A DNA stretch of 64,000 nt from Candidatus Wolfebacteria bacterium GW2011_GWE2_44_13 (GTDB lineage Bacteria > Patescibacteriota > Minisyncoccia > UBA6257 > UBA9933), in the NCBI GenBank assembly GCA_001000675.1, contig LCHW01000001.1, forward strand, positions 360,875 to 424,874, given 5' to 3'. Positions 1-9,854 of the stretch are shown here, piece by piece. The translations under genes were made by a program, and so were the position numbers. Position 1 is the first letter of the stretch; every line of letters starts with the position of its first letter. Below the pieces are notes generated by a model. It ran no database searches, had not been told where the DNA came from, and was given only the letters and a program-made list of their open reading frames with translations.

Positions 1-2
1 TG

Positions 3-1388
3 GAACAGGTTTGTCGCGTCTTGCGCGACTCCGCAGAGCCCTTTGGTGGGCTTCAGGTGGTCCTTGTAGGGGACTTTTTCCAGTTGCCGCCCATCGTGTC
101 ATCTGCTGAACAAGATGCCGTAAAAAGCATTTCTTTGGATGGGGGCGAATGGTCTCCATTTGCCTTTATGGGGACGGCATGGCAAAAGGCAAATTTAACT
201 ATTTGCTACCTTACTGAACAACATCGGCAAGAAGATGCTGTATTTTTGCAGGCACTCTCAGCTGTTCGTCGCGGACAAGTTACGGACGAAGTGCGTGCGT
301 GTTTTTCGGGTCGGTGTATTGCGCCGCCCACGGACGACGCGCATACAAAATTGTATACCCATAACTTTGCGGTTGATCGTTTAAATGATGCATATCTCAA
401 AAAACTTCCTGGACAGCAGTACGATTTTTTGATGCAAGGGAGTGGTGCGCCTGCTGTTGCAGAGGGGTTGAAACGCGGATGCTTATCGCCTGAAAAACTT
501 TCCTTAAAAATAGGGGCGAAAGTTATGTTTACAAAAAATAGTCCTGATGGGAAATTTGTAAACGGAACAACAGGGGAAGTTGTTGGATTTTCAAAAATAA
601 ACGGCAATCCACAAGTTGCGTTGAGTAATGGCAAAACAATTGAAACAGAACTTGCGGAATGGAGTATTTTTGATGGTATGAAATTAGTTGCCATGATCAA
701 ACAAATTCCATTGCGTCTCGCGTGGGCAATTACAGTGCATAAGAGCCAAGGCATGTCGCTCGATGCGGCTGTGATGGATTTATCTGCTGCGTTTGAATTT
801 GGACAAGGCTATGTTGCGCTGTCGCGCGTGCGCACATTGGCGGGGTTATATTTAATTGGGTACAACGAACGTGCGCTTGAAGTACACCCCGGTGTGTTTA
901 CGCAGGATGCGCTTTTCCGTGCATCGTCTGAAGAAGCGCGATATGAACATGCGGCACTCGGTGAGGAAAAAATTGCTGAATTACATGCACAATTTATCGA
1001 AGCTATGGGTGGTGGGGTTGGTATGGGTATTACTCCTGCATCTTCTGCGCCAAAACGATCAACACAAGAAGCTACAGCTGAACTGGTTGCGCAACAACTT
1101 TCTATTGCGGCCATGGCAGAACAACGCGATGTTACGGAGGCGACTATTATCGGACACTTGGAAAAACTTGTTGCGAGTGGAACATTAAACGCAGAAACAG
1201 ATCTTGCGTACCTTATGCCCGAACGGCGTCGATTTGTAACAATGCAAGCGGCGTTAGAAACGGTGTATAAAAAGAAGGGGAATATGCTTCTTTCTCCAGC
1301 GCAAGCTATGCTTGGCCCAAACTTTTCGTTTGAAGAGTTGCGTGTTGCACGCTTGTTCTTGGGTGGAGCTGCGTATTTGGAGGAGTAG
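3..1388 (+). CDS. PIF1/RRM3-family SF1B DNA helicase with C-terminal HTH (5'-truncated by window)
   Basis: PFGGLQVVLVGDFFQLPP, EQHRQED, QIPLRLAWAITVHKSQGMSLD and GQGYVALSR motifs; C-terminal IAAMAEQRDVTEATIIGHL HTH; frame is open from the window start. Confidence 0.9.
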   Translation, partial: EQVCRVLRDSAEPFGGLQVVLVGDFFQLPPIVSSAEQDAVKSISLDGGEWSPFAFMGTAWQKANLTICYLTEQHRQEDAVFLQALSAVRRGQVTDEVRACFSGRCIAPPTDDAHTKLYTHNFAVDRLNDAYLKKLPGQQYDFLMQGSGAPAVAEGLKRGCLSPEKLSLKIGAKVMFTKNSPDGKFVNGTTGEVVGFSKINGNPQVALSNGKTIETELAEWSIFDGMKLVAMIKQIPLRLAWAITVHKSQGMSLDAAVMDLSAAFEFGQGYVALSRVRTLAGLYLIGYNERALEVHPGVFTQDALFRASSEEARYEHAALGEEKIAELHAQFIEAMGGGVGMGITPASSAPKRSTQEATAELVAQQLSIAAMAEQRDVTEATIIGHLEKLVASGTLNAETDLAYLMPERRRFVTMQAALETVYKKKGNMLLSPAQAMLGPNFSFEELRVARLFLGGAAYLEE

Positions 1389-1429
1389 TCAATATTGATA
1401 AAAAATGTGAATACTGGTACGTTGTTGGT

Positions 1430-1879
1430 ATGCAAAACATACCTCTCACCAAAGAAAAATATCTCACCGTATTAAAGGCAATTGATGCCTGTGAAATGAT
1501 GCAGTCGGCTATTGAAGAAGCAGATGGCATTGAAGAAAAAGCACATGATACGAGTTATCGCGAATTAAAAGCATATTTATTAAAACAGTCAGATTTGTTT
1601 GGGCTTGATAAGATCAATCCAAAGAAAGAAGAGGAAGCTGACTGGTCTGAAGAAATATCAGAAGATGCGAGTGAGTTAATCAACGCATATGCTGAAGTGG
1701 AAATGTTTGATAATTTAGCATGGGACCTTGCTTCAATGGAGTTTGAAAAACAAAAGGGAAGCGAAGCGGTTACTGACATGGAAGAGTTTGTAAAGCGCGG
1801 AGAAATTTACGATGCAATCATGGATGAATTCGATGCGAATGATTTGGAGAATGTGAAGATTGCAGGTTTGGTGGAATAG
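1430..1879 (+). CDS. hypothetical acidic protein
   Basis: 149-aa ORF, co-oriented with the helicase, followed by a terminator. Confidence 0.75.
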   Translation: MQNIPLTKEKYLTVLKAIDACEMMQSAIEEADGIEEKAHDTSYRELKAYLLKQSDLFGLDKINPKKEEEADWSEEISEDASELINAYAEVEMFDNLAWDLASMEFEKQKGSEAVTDMEEFVKRGEIYDAIMDEFDANDLENVKIAGLVE

Positions 1880-1890
1880 TAGATATAAAA

Positions 1891-1915
1891 AAAGCCGCCC
1901 TTATGGGGCGGCTTT
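1891..1915. terminator. bidirectional intrinsic terminator
   Basis: AAAGCCGCCC-ttatg-GGGCGGCTTT between convergent genes. Confidence 0.75.
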
Positions 1916-1937
1916 ATCGTTGGAGGAGTATTGCTAA

Positions 1938-2207
1938 TTACTCTGAGCGCTCGGAGAGCGTGTATGTAACGACAACGATGGCGGCAATAGTGAAATCTGC
2001 GAACATTGCCTGCCTTTGTGCTGTTACGCACTGTACATCGAGGCGCATCTCCACCTTTTCGATGGTGATGTCATGGTTGTCTTCACCGGCTGCTTGCCAG
2101 CGGGCAACGTTCAGGTTAAGGGTTTCCTCAACTCGTTGAGAGCTTAAGTTGCCTCCTGAAGTTAAGTCGGTTGAACAGAATATCTTGATCTGGTTTTTTG
2201 TTGCCAC
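1938..2207 (-). CDS. small orphan protein (solo gene)
   Basis: 89 aa, GTG start with AGAGGTG SD; upstream TTGACA-17-CATTAT. Confidence 0.7.
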   Translation of the reverse strand: MATKNQIKIFCSTDLTSGGNLSSQRVEETLNLNVARWQAAGEDNHDITIEKVEMRLDVQCVTAQRQAMFADFTIAAIVVVTYTLSERSE

Positions 2208-2339
2208 AGCAGCACCTCTTTAAGGAACGAATTTAGAACCGTTCATATAATGACCTAAAATATGCCATGTGTCAAGGAATGATATAAAACATACTAAATC
2301 TAAAATATACGGTTTCATATTTTGTGATATAATAATTAT

Positions 2340-3413
2340 ATGAATGTGCGTGTATTTATAAAATTAATTTTTGCTGTTGTAGTTACGGAATGTGCAGGAA
2401 TGTTTGGTGCATTTTTAGCAGCCATCGTTTCGGCTATTTCTGCGAATCCAAGTAATGACTCTTGGTATGTAACCGCAAAGGAGCTTATTGTAAACCCGCC
2501 TGTGTGGTCTTTTGAAACAATCCTTGTTGTACTCTATGCCTTCTTGGGATTGGCGAGTGGAATTATTTGGGCTGGGTTGCATCGCGATGCGTACCGTAAT
2601 ATGGGGGCGGGACGCGTGCAGAGAAGAATAAAAGGTGCGCTTGCTGTATTTTCTGTGTTAATGATATTGAGCATTCTATGGCCTACGATATTTTTTGTCT
2701 CTACTCGACTATTTTTTGTATTTGCATATATTCTTGTACTTTTCTTTGCGATAGCAGCAACTATTTTTGTATTTTCACGTATAAGCAAGGTGGCTGCGCT
2801 ATTGCTCGTGCCGTATTTTATATACGTAGCATTTTTGGGTTTTGTGAATCGACCTATTCTAAATCCCGCTACTGAGCTTGTGGGGCAACATGCATGTACT
2901 GAAGAAGCGAGGGTGTGTGCTGATGGATCTACGGTTGTGCGTAGCGGTCCACAATGTGAATTCGCAGCATGCCCAGAAGCTACAATTGATACGGCGTGGA
3001 AGAAATTTACGAGCACGAAAACGAACGTATTATTTTACTATCCCGAATCTATTGGAGCGACGTATATTCGAGCAGTTGAATGGCCTCCACTTCTCACAAC
3101 TTCTCGCGACCCATTTTCTTGTATCGAGGGCGGACTAGAAACATATCGTGCAGGGAAAACTGAAAAGAAAACAGTTGAGAGAAGAACGTATTGTGTGACA
3201 AAAACTTCTCAAGAAACCGATGGAAGTGTATTTACGGATTATGTATATCGCACAGAATTAGCGGATGTAGTAATCGCGTTTACAACAACACTGCAAGCGG
3301 TGCATTGTAGTAACTCGGTTGAACCACAAAAAACTGAATGCGAGAACGAACGGGCAACCTTTACCCTCGATGATATTATGGGGCGTGTTATGCAAAGTGC
3401 ATTACTTCGTTAA
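2340..3413 (+). CDS. TspO/MBR-family membrane protein fused to a Cys-rich extracellular domain
   Basis: WY..NPPVWSF and ALLLVPY TspO motifs; ACTEEARVCADGSTVVRSGPQCEFAACP Cys module. Confidence 0.8.
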   Translation: MNVRVFIKLIFAVVVTECAGMFGAFLAAIVSAISANPSNDSWYVTAKELIVNPPVWSFETILVVLYAFLGLASGIIWAGLHRDAYRNMGAGRVQRRIKGALAVFSVLMILSILWPTIFFVSTRLFFVFAYILVLFFAIAATIFVFSRISKVAALLLVPYFIYVAFLGFVNRPILNPATELVGQHACTEEARVCADGSTVVRSGPQCEFAACPEATIDTAWKKFTSTKTNVLFYYPESIGATYIRAVEWPPLLTTSRDPFSCIEGGLETYRAGKTEKKTVERRTYCVTKTSQETDGSVFTDYVYRTELADVVIAFTTTLQAVHCSNSVEPQKTECENERATFTLDDIMGRVMQSALLR

Positions 3414-3420
3414 TTTACCT

Positions 3421-3930
3421 ATGACCAAAAAAATTGTTGTTGTGCACGATATGATGCAAAAAGGATATCAATATGAACTCACCGAACCGGTAGGGAAGAA
3501 TTTTGCTCCTCTTTTTACGCCAGACTTAACACCTAAGGAAATGTTGCAACTTGGCGTATTTGGTGGAAAATATATGACTGATTGTAAGAAAGAATTTCCG
3601 GCAGATTGGTACGTAGGCGTAAAACTGTGTCATGAACGACATGACCCCACGTTGAATTATTTTGGTGTGAACGCTTCGCAGCCGCTCAAGGTATGGAAGG
3701 CAAAAGGATGGATTCATTCGTGCGACCCGCGAGGATGGTTTCAATGGTATTGTCGTTATTATATGGGGCGTCGTATGCCCGAAGAAGATGCATGGCAAAT
3801 TCGTCGATGGCGGGCTATTCGAAGGCATATTACGCAGATTAAAAATAATTGTGCTAAAGGTGACGCGATGTGTCGGCCGCGGCAGCGACAGGCTGTGTTG
3901 CACTGGGGGTATGACTCAAGAACGATTTAG
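3421..3930 (+). CDS. conserved hypothetical protein (LTPKEMLQLGVFGGKY / DPRGWFQWYCRY family)
   Basis: W/R-rich conserved-looking motifs; ATG at 3421. Confidence 0.8.
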   Translation: MTKKIVVVHDMMQKGYQYELTEPVGKNFAPLFTPDLTPKEMLQLGVFGGKYMTDCKKEFPADWYVGVKLCHERHDPTLNYFGVNASQPLKVWKAKGWIHSCDPRGWFQWYCRYYMGRRMPEEDAWQIRRWRAIRRHITQIKNNCAKGDAMCRPRQRQAVLHWGYDSRTI

Positions 3931-3959
3931 TATGAGCGAGCTAATTGCATTGGAATGTA

Positions 3960-3987
3960 TTGACATTGTATATACATTGTATATACT
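3960..3987 (+). promoter_or_regulatory. sigma70 promoter with overlapping repeat/palindromic operator of the TA operon
   Basis: TTGACA-ttgtatatacattgta-TATACT; ACATTGTATAT occurs twice and includes the palindrome TGTATATACA. Confidence 0.6.
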
Positions 3988-3993
3988 TACAAT

Positions 3994-4251
3994 ATGACTA
4001 CTTTAAACATTCGAATTGACGAAAAAATAAAGGCAAAGGCGAATAAAACTTTTGAAGACATGGGCCTTGATATGTCGAGTGCAATAAAGCTATTTCTTAC
4101 TCAGTCCATTAAGGAAAAAGGGCTGCCTTTTACTCCGACTAATAATGATGCTGTTATCAGGGCGCGTTGGGATAAGGAAGTTGCTCATGCGTTGAAGAAC
4201 GGGAAACGATATGGATCTGGGGCAGAATTACATAAGGACCTTTTGAGCTAG
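3994..4251 (+). CDS. dinJ: RelB/DinJ-family antitoxin
   Basis: LNIRIDEKIKAKA..F..MGLDMSSAIKLFL...GLPF. Confidence 0.9.
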   Translation: MTTLNIRIDEKIKAKANKTFEDMGLDMSSAIKLFLTQSIKEKGLPFTPTNNDAVIRARWDKEVAHALKNGKRYGSGAELHKDLLS

Positions 4252-4257
4252 GTGCGT

Positions 4258-4305
4258 ATGTATGCGGTTGAAATAACCAATATCGGCGATAGCGAATTGT
4301 TCTGA
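4258..4305 (+). pseudogene. collapsed YafQ-like toxin remnant (MYAVEITNIGDSELF*)
   Basis: Mini-ORF directly after dinJ; its tail IGDSELF resembles the YafQ C-terminus (IGSHSQLF in the next gene). Confidence 0.5.
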
Positions 4306-4360
4306 ATCCACGGCAGACAGACGGAGTATTCAATGCGGGGAGCTATTAGTCACTCACTCT

Positions 4361-4654
4361 ATGTTCAAAACAAAAAAACTAGACATCATTACAACGTCTA
4401 GTTATAAGAAGTCGTTTAAAAAACTTGCTAAGAGTGGTATATTTCCTGTTACAGAAATAGATAGAGTTGTGGATATGCTTGCGTCAGGTGAATTACTTGA
4501 TAAAAAATACAAAGATCATCAACTGAGAGGCGAATATAAGAATTATCGAGAATGCCATATTCTTAATGACCTACTGTTAATGTATAGAATTGAAAATAAA
4601 GAATTGGTATTGATACTGATTGATATTGGTAGTCATTCGCAATTATTTGGATAA
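4361..4654 (+). CDS. yafQ: YafQ-family mRNA interferase toxin
   Basis: YKDHQLRGEYKNYRECHI..DLLLMY...IGSHSQLF. Confidence 0.92.
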   Translation: MFKTKKLDIITTSSYKKSFKKLAKSGIFPVTEIDRVVDMLASGELLDKKYKDHQLRGEYKNYRECHILNDLLLMYRIENKELVLILIDIGSHSQLFG

Positions 4655-4673
4655 GCGTGGTATGATTTAATTT

Positions 4674-5381
4674 ATGAACAATCTTATTTTTCTTGATACT
4701 GAAACGACGGGTAATGATGTAACCGTGGATCGACTATGCCAGGTTTGTTATAAAACTGCTGATGGGATATTTACTGAGTTTTTCAAGCCGCCAATCCCTA
4801 TATCGGTAAAGGCGATGAGTATTACGCACATTACGAATAAAATGATTGCGGATAAGGAATCGTTTGAAGGAAGTGCGATGCAAAAAGAGCTTGGGGTATT
4901 ATTAAAAGACGGTATTCTAGTGGCACATAATGCGCCATTTGATAAAGCCATTCTTGAAGCAGAAGGCCTTGTTGTTCCGCAGCATATTTGTACATTGCGT
5001 GTGGCACGCGCACTAGACGAAGAGGCTGTGATTCCGGAGTACAATTTGCAATTCTTGCGCTATTATCTGGATCTTGAAATTGACGCGAATGCACATGACG
5101 CGGAAGGCGATGTGAAGGTGCTTGCCGCTGTGTTTGATCGGCTTATGGCTAAACTCACGCAGCAAGGGCTAAGTGAAGATGAGGCGATTGCGAAGATGTT
5201 GGATATTTCCACAAAGCCGTCACTCATTAGAAAGTTTACCTTTGGGAAACATAATGGTGAAACTATCGCCGAAGTTGCGAAGATCGACAAGGGATATTTG
5301 CAATGGCTCATGGGGCAAAAAATGGCTGAAGGAGTGCCAGACGAAGATTGGATTCATACATTGCAGACGTATCTAAAATAA
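4674..5381 (+). CDS. DEDDh 3'-5' exonuclease, exonuclease X-like, with C-terminal FGKH domain
   Basis: LDTETTG, VAHNAPFD, AHDAEGDV, FTFGKHNG...YLQWL. Confidence 0.88.
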   Translation: MNNLIFLDTETTGNDVTVDRLCQVCYKTADGIFTEFFKPPIPISVKAMSITHITNKMIADKESFEGSAMQKELGVLLKDGILVAHNAPFDKAILEAEGLVVPQHICTLRVARALDEEAVIPEYNLQFLRYYLDLEIDANAHDAEGDVKVLAAVFDRLMAKLTQQGLSEDEAIAKMLDISTKPSLIRKFTFGKHNGETIAEVAKIDKGYLQWLMGQKMAEGVPDEDWIHTLQTYLK

Positions 5382-5390
5382 AAAGTTTCT

Positions 5391-5562
5391 ATACTTTTTT
5401 CTAGAAAAAAGTATCAAAAAAGTCACGAACCAGAAATATTTCGGGGTCGCCTCCAAAACGGCAGAAGCTCGGAACTCGCACGCCGAGGGTAGGCGCGCTC
5501 AAACACCGAGCTTCTTCCGATATTTTTCCAGCGCCCTTTATCCGAAATATTCCCATGTTCGT
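5391..5562 (+). repeat. dispersed rod-like hairpin element, copy 1
   Basis: Core 5423-5562 is nearly identical to 25535-25673; nested inverted repeats. Confidence 0.9.
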
Positions 5563-5576
5563 AGATGGGGTAATAA

Positions 5577-5617
5577 AATAAAAATAACCGTCAGCTTAGG
5601 GCTGACGGTTATTTTAT
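5577..5617. terminator. bidirectional terminator
   Basis: AAAATAACCGTCAGC-ttagg-GCTGACGGTTATTTT. Confidence 0.8.
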
Positions 5618-5624
5618 GTTCATA

Positions 5625-6464
5625 TTATTTTAGGTTTGACTGCAGGAATTTAAGTGTCCTTTGCCATGCATCCTTTGTTTCGTTTGGTGCGTAGCTTTGG
5701 CCCGACGGGTTGGCAAACGCATGGCCAACGCCTGGATAAATAACAATATCATTTTGAATACCAAGCTCGTTTAGTGTATCACGAAATGCGTTGACTGCTT
5801 TTGGTGGGATGCCTTGATCTTCGCCTGCAAAGTTCCCGAGTACGGGCCATGTGATGGCGCGCAACTCATCTTTTGTGACCGTTACGTTTCCATAATAGAT
5901 AATCGTTGCATTAAGTTGCTCACCAGAAAGTGCAAGTTGCAGAGATTGACCACCTCCAAAGCACCATCCGAGTGAAGCAATTTTAGTAGCGCCTTTTGCG
6001 CGAAGATACGCTGTGGCGGCGCGCATATTCTCCCGCCCTTTTTCTTTGTCGAATGACCCCGTTTGTTTACGTGCTTCATCTTGGGTTGTTGCTACTGTGC
6101 CAAACATGTCTACGGCGAGTACTTGATAGCCTTGGCCTGCAAGCTCTTTTGCTGTTTCGCGCATTGTGTCGTTTAAGCCCCACCATTCGTGAATCATGAC
6201 GATACCTGGATAGGTACCCGGTGCTTCTGGGCGAGCGTAGAAACCATTTCGATCGGGGAAGTATGTCGCAGCTTCTGTGATAACGGGAACGGCTGCGCCA
6301 TTTTTCATGATTGCAATATTTGCGTCTGTTAATGACGTTGCCATTGGCGGAACGTCATGAATATCTTCTGGTGCCCAAGCGCTTCCGCGCCACAGAATAA
6401 GCGCAGCGATTACAATAAATACACCAAGAGCAATATGTAATGATAATTTGAAATAATGGTTCAT
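5625..6464 (-). CDS. dienelactone hydrolase-family protein with N-terminal anchor
   Basis: IHEWWGLN, GWCFGG nucleophile motif, YPGVGHAFANP. Confidence 0.92.
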   Translation of the reverse strand: MNHYFKLSLHIALGVFIVIAALILWRGSAWAPEDIHDVPPMATSLTDANIAIMKNGAAVPVITEAATYFPDRNGFYARPEAPGTYPGIVMIHEWWGLNDTMRETAKELAGQGYQVLAVDMFGTVATTQDEARKQTGSFDKEKGRENMRAATAYLRAKGATKIASLGWCFGGGQSLQLALSGEQLNATIIYYGNVTVTKDELRAITWPVLGNFAGEDQGIPPKAVNAFRDTLNELGIQNDIVIYPGVGHAFANPSGQSYAPNETKDAWQRTLKFLQSNLK

Positions 6465-6658
6465 TGATTCTTTACGTTATGTGAATAGAGGATACCCACG
6501 TGCATTACAATGATACATCTGTTGGCTGTGGAGGTTCAATAGGGGGGGTAGTGTAACAAGTATGATAAAAGTGCGTTATCTCATACTAGTTGCGCGTGCG
6601 GGTATGTGATGCCCTAGGGTCGAGCACCGAATAATGGTATATTAACTATCATACTTTT

Positions 6659-8455
6659 ATGAAACAATTTTTATTTAAAACGCTAGAGATATATCGACCC
6701 TTTCAAAAAACCATGGGGGTTATGTTTTTGTTCATGATTGTTATGCAGATTTTTAACCTTGTATCCCCATATTTGTATGGGCGTATTATCGACGGCGTTG
6801 TGTCTCAGCAGCCAATACAGCAAGTGCTTTTCATTGCGTTTATGGCCTTTATGGTGTATGCCACGCAAGAATTGCTCGGATATCTTAGTGATCAATATGA
6901 GCTGAAATATTTTGACTTTGCAGTGCCACGGCATATCAAGGTGAGAACCTTGAATAAATTTTTTACGTTTAGTATTGGGCAGCACAATAATCAAAACAGC
7001 GGAGTGAAAAGAAGCGTGATCACACGTGGAGAACATTCGCTTAACTCGCTTGCGTTTAAGTTTGCTTACGAAATTATTCCGATGGTATTGCAGGTACTCT
7101 TTACCGTTGTTGCGTTGTTGTACATTAACTGGATTCTTGGTTCGATTGTTCTGTTTGGCGTTGTTGTATTTGTCGCTATTACTATTTATTTAAATATTAT
7201 TTTGCGCGAGGAGATGACGGCGGTTCGGGACTTATGGGTTGAAAATGATAAAGAACAAAGCGAATTGATACAGAACGTTGAGTTGGTACAGGTAAATGTG
7301 CAGGAAAAAAGAGTTATAGATGAATATAGTCAGTCGTACGAAACGATTGGAGATCGTTCTAAAATCCTTTGGGGTCAATATACATTTTTTTCATCGCTGA
7401 GAGGGCTTCTTGTGGTGATTGTGCGGTTTGCCGTCATTGCTATTGGTATCTGGTTTGTGTATGAAGGGAAATATACACCAGGGTATCTTGTTATATTTCT
7501 TACGTGGTCCTCTAACGCATTTTCACGACTTGGTAATTTTGGAAACACTCATCGACAAGCGCTTGAGTTATACTCATCGGTACAAAAATATTATGAGATG
7601 ATTGATGTGCCTTGCGATATTGTGATGGCTAAGCATCCCATTAGCCCTACGATCGAGGGGAAAATCGAATTTAAAAATGTGTCATTTCGCTATCCAGCAC
7701 GAAATGGTGTTGATAAGAGTGAGGATACTAAGAAAGATGTGACCTCTGAAGAGCCTGCTCTGTTGCGGGATGCGTTAACGGGGGTTAATTTAATTGTTGA
7801 GCCGGGGCAACGCGTTGCATTCGTTGGACATTCGGGTGCTGGTAAATCAACGCTTGCACAAATGATTATTCGCGCATTTGATCCTGTGGAGGGGCAAATC
7901 TTGATCGATGGACACGATTTGCGTGAGCTCGATCTTGGCTACTACCGATCACATATCGGTATGGTAGAGCAGGATGTGCAATTGTTTGATAACACGCTAC
8001 GGTACAATATTGCATTCGGAAGACCAGAAGAGGTGAGCGATGCTGAGTTTGACGAAGTTTCCCGATTGGCGAGTATTGAACAGTTTCGTCATCGATTGGA
8101 AAAAGGATTCGATACCCTTATCGGAGAAAAGGGTGTGAAGCTTTCGGGGGGAGAGCGTCAACGTGTGGGTATTGCGCGTGCGTTGATTAAGCACCCTAAA
8201 ATTCTTATTTTTGACGAGGCTACATCAAGCCTTGATACAGAGAACGAACAGTTGATCCGTCAATCCATCGAACAAGCTTCTCAAGGGCGTACAACGATTA
8301 TAATTGCCCATCGATTATCGACTATCCGAGATGCGGATAAGATATTTGTTATGGGTGATGGCAATGTTGTTGGCGCAGGAACACACGAGGAGCTTATGCA
8401 TAGTTGCAAGCCATACCAAAATTTGATCGGTAAGCAAATGGTTTCCATTGTGTGA
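6659..8455 (+). CDS. ABC exporter, fused permease/ATPase (MsbA-like)
   Basis: TM domain, GHSGAGKS, LSGGERQR, ILIFDEATS. Confidence 0.93.
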   Translation: MKQFLFKTLEIYRPFQKTMGVMFLFMIVMQIFNLVSPYLYGRIIDGVVSQQPIQQVLFIAFMAFMVYATQELLGYLSDQYELKYFDFAVPRHIKVRTLNKFFTFSIGQHNNQNSGVKRSVITRGEHSLNSLAFKFAYEIIPMVLQVLFTVVALLYINWILGSIVLFGVVVFVAITIYLNIILREEMTAVRDLWVENDKEQSELIQNVELVQVNVQEKRVIDEYSQSYETIGDRSKILWGQYTFFSSLRGLLVVIVRFAVIAIGIWFVYEGKYTPGYLVIFLTWSSNAFSRLGNFGNTHRQALELYSSVQKYYEMIDVPCDIVMAKHPISPTIEGKIEFKNVSFRYPARNGVDKSEDTKKDVTSEEPALLRDALTGVNLIVEPGQRVAFVGHSGAGKSTLAQMIIRAFDPVEGQILIDGHDLRELDLGYYRSHIGMVEQDVQLFDNTLRYNIAFGRPEEVSDAEFDEVSRLASIEQFRHRLEKGFDTLIGEKGVKLSGGERQRVGIARALIKHPKILIFDEATSSLDTENEQLIRQSIEQASQGRTTIIIAHRLSTIRDADKIFVMGDGNVVGAGTHEELMHSCKPYQNLIGKQMVSIV

Positions 8456-8606
8456 TATATACGACAATGAGAAAGAAAGACGCCTATAGAAGAGGCGTCT
8501 TTCTTGACATAATTGATAAAATATGGTAGATAGTATTTAGCTATCGATTTAAAAATAAAATATGTTTTAGAGTTTTTAAACCCTGAGCCGAAAAGGAGGA
8601 TAAACC

Positions 8607-8990
8607 GTGGAAATACTATACACTCAGTATTTGAAAGAGTTCAAATTATTCGTTTACCGCGCAATTGTTTTTGCGGTGGGTATTGCCACGGTTTTGTGCT
8701 GTGTGGCCAAACCCCTCCACCAACTTCCAGAGTTCCTTCCGGCCACCTCTGCCGGCATTTTCCTGCTATTTGTCGGTGCATACAGCCTGCGAGTTGCAAT
8801 GCGGCTCGCATGGGCTTTACGGCTGCTTCAGTGGACTATGCGGCGACTTGACCTAACCGAAGCTGATGCTGCAGAAGGATTGTTCAAATTCCAACTGTAT
8901 CGAAGTCGAACGTTTGAGCAATGGAGGCGAGAAGACTTTGTTGCTCAATTGAAAGATGCCCGGGACGTCACGAGTATGTGTGGCGGATGA
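8607..8990 (+). CDS. orphan membrane protein (solo gene)
   Basis: AAGGAGG SD, TTGACA at 8504, terminator ~8996-9021; two hydrophobic segments. Confidence 0.7.
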   Translation: MEILYTQYLKEFKLFVYRAIVFAVGIATVLCCVAKPLHQLPEFLPATSAGIFLLFVGAYSLRVAMRLAWALRLLQWTMRRLDLTEADAAEGLFKFQLYRSRTFEQWRREDFVAQLKDARDVTSMCGG

Positions 8991-9065
8991 ATTCCAAGCC
9001 CCCTCTTAATGGGGGCTTTTTGTACACACTAGCATATCGTTTTCTATGGAGTACAATATATAGAT

Positions 9066-9845
9066 ATGGAACGCCATAAGAAGCAGTATACAGAACAGGT
9101 GCTTACTGTATTCGCATTTAGCTGGATTGCGTGGTTTTTGTTTCCGATACTATTTCTTATAGGTGCGCTTGTTTTTAAGTTTTCTGCCCTGCAGCCCATT
9201 ATTTCGGATGATCGATTCTGGTGGGCATTTATTATCAGTCTTATTTCTGCTTTTGTGGTTGTTGTGCTTACTGCATTGTTTGTTGTCCCTACGGCGTACG
9301 TATTTGCGTATAAAGAATTTCGTTTTAAGAAATTCTTGGAAACGCTGTTAATTGAAATTCCGCAAACGTTGCCACCGGTTGCGGTTGGTGTAATTTATGT
9401 GTTTGCATTTGGCGTACATTCACCTATCCACTTGGCGTTTACGTTTGCAGCGGTTGTTATTGCTAAGCTTATTGTCTCAGCTCCTTTTGCCCTTGGGTAC
9501 GTATTGCGAAAATTTAGAGAAATACGCGCGTCTAAAATAGATTTAGTTGCGCGCTCGTTGGGGGCAAATACGTACACGGTTATCTTTCGCGTGCTTGTGC
9601 CTATGGCACGACAGGATATTATTGCGGGTCTTACGCTTGCATGGGCGCGAGCAATGGGGGAGTTTGGTGGTTCACTTATTTTCGCAGGGGTTATTGCATA
9701 TAAGACGGAAATACTTCCAACGTATGCAAATCGAATAGTCCATACTGATCCGCTCCTTGCTCTCGGTGCCACGGCGATTATGGTGCTATTTTCTATCATT
9801 GCGTTAACTACGGCACGCATTGTCCTAACGAAGAAAAAGATATAA
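9066..9845 (+). CDS. ModB/CysT-like ABC importer permease
   Basis: LPPVAVG, ARSLGA loop, WARAMGEFG. Confidence 0.88.
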   Translation: MERHKKQYTEQVLTVFAFSWIAWFLFPILFLIGALVFKFSALQPIISDDRFWWAFIISLISAFVVVVLTALFVVPTAYVFAYKEFRFKKFLETLLIEIPQTLPPVAVGVIYVFAFGVHSPIHLAFTFAAVVIAKLIVSAPFALGYVLRKFREIRASKIDLVARSLGANTYTVIFRVLVPMARQDIIAGLTLAWARAMGEFGGSLIFAGVIAYKTEILPTYANRIVHTDPLLALGATAIMVLFSIIALTTARIVLTKKKI

Positions 9846-9854
9846 AACATAACA

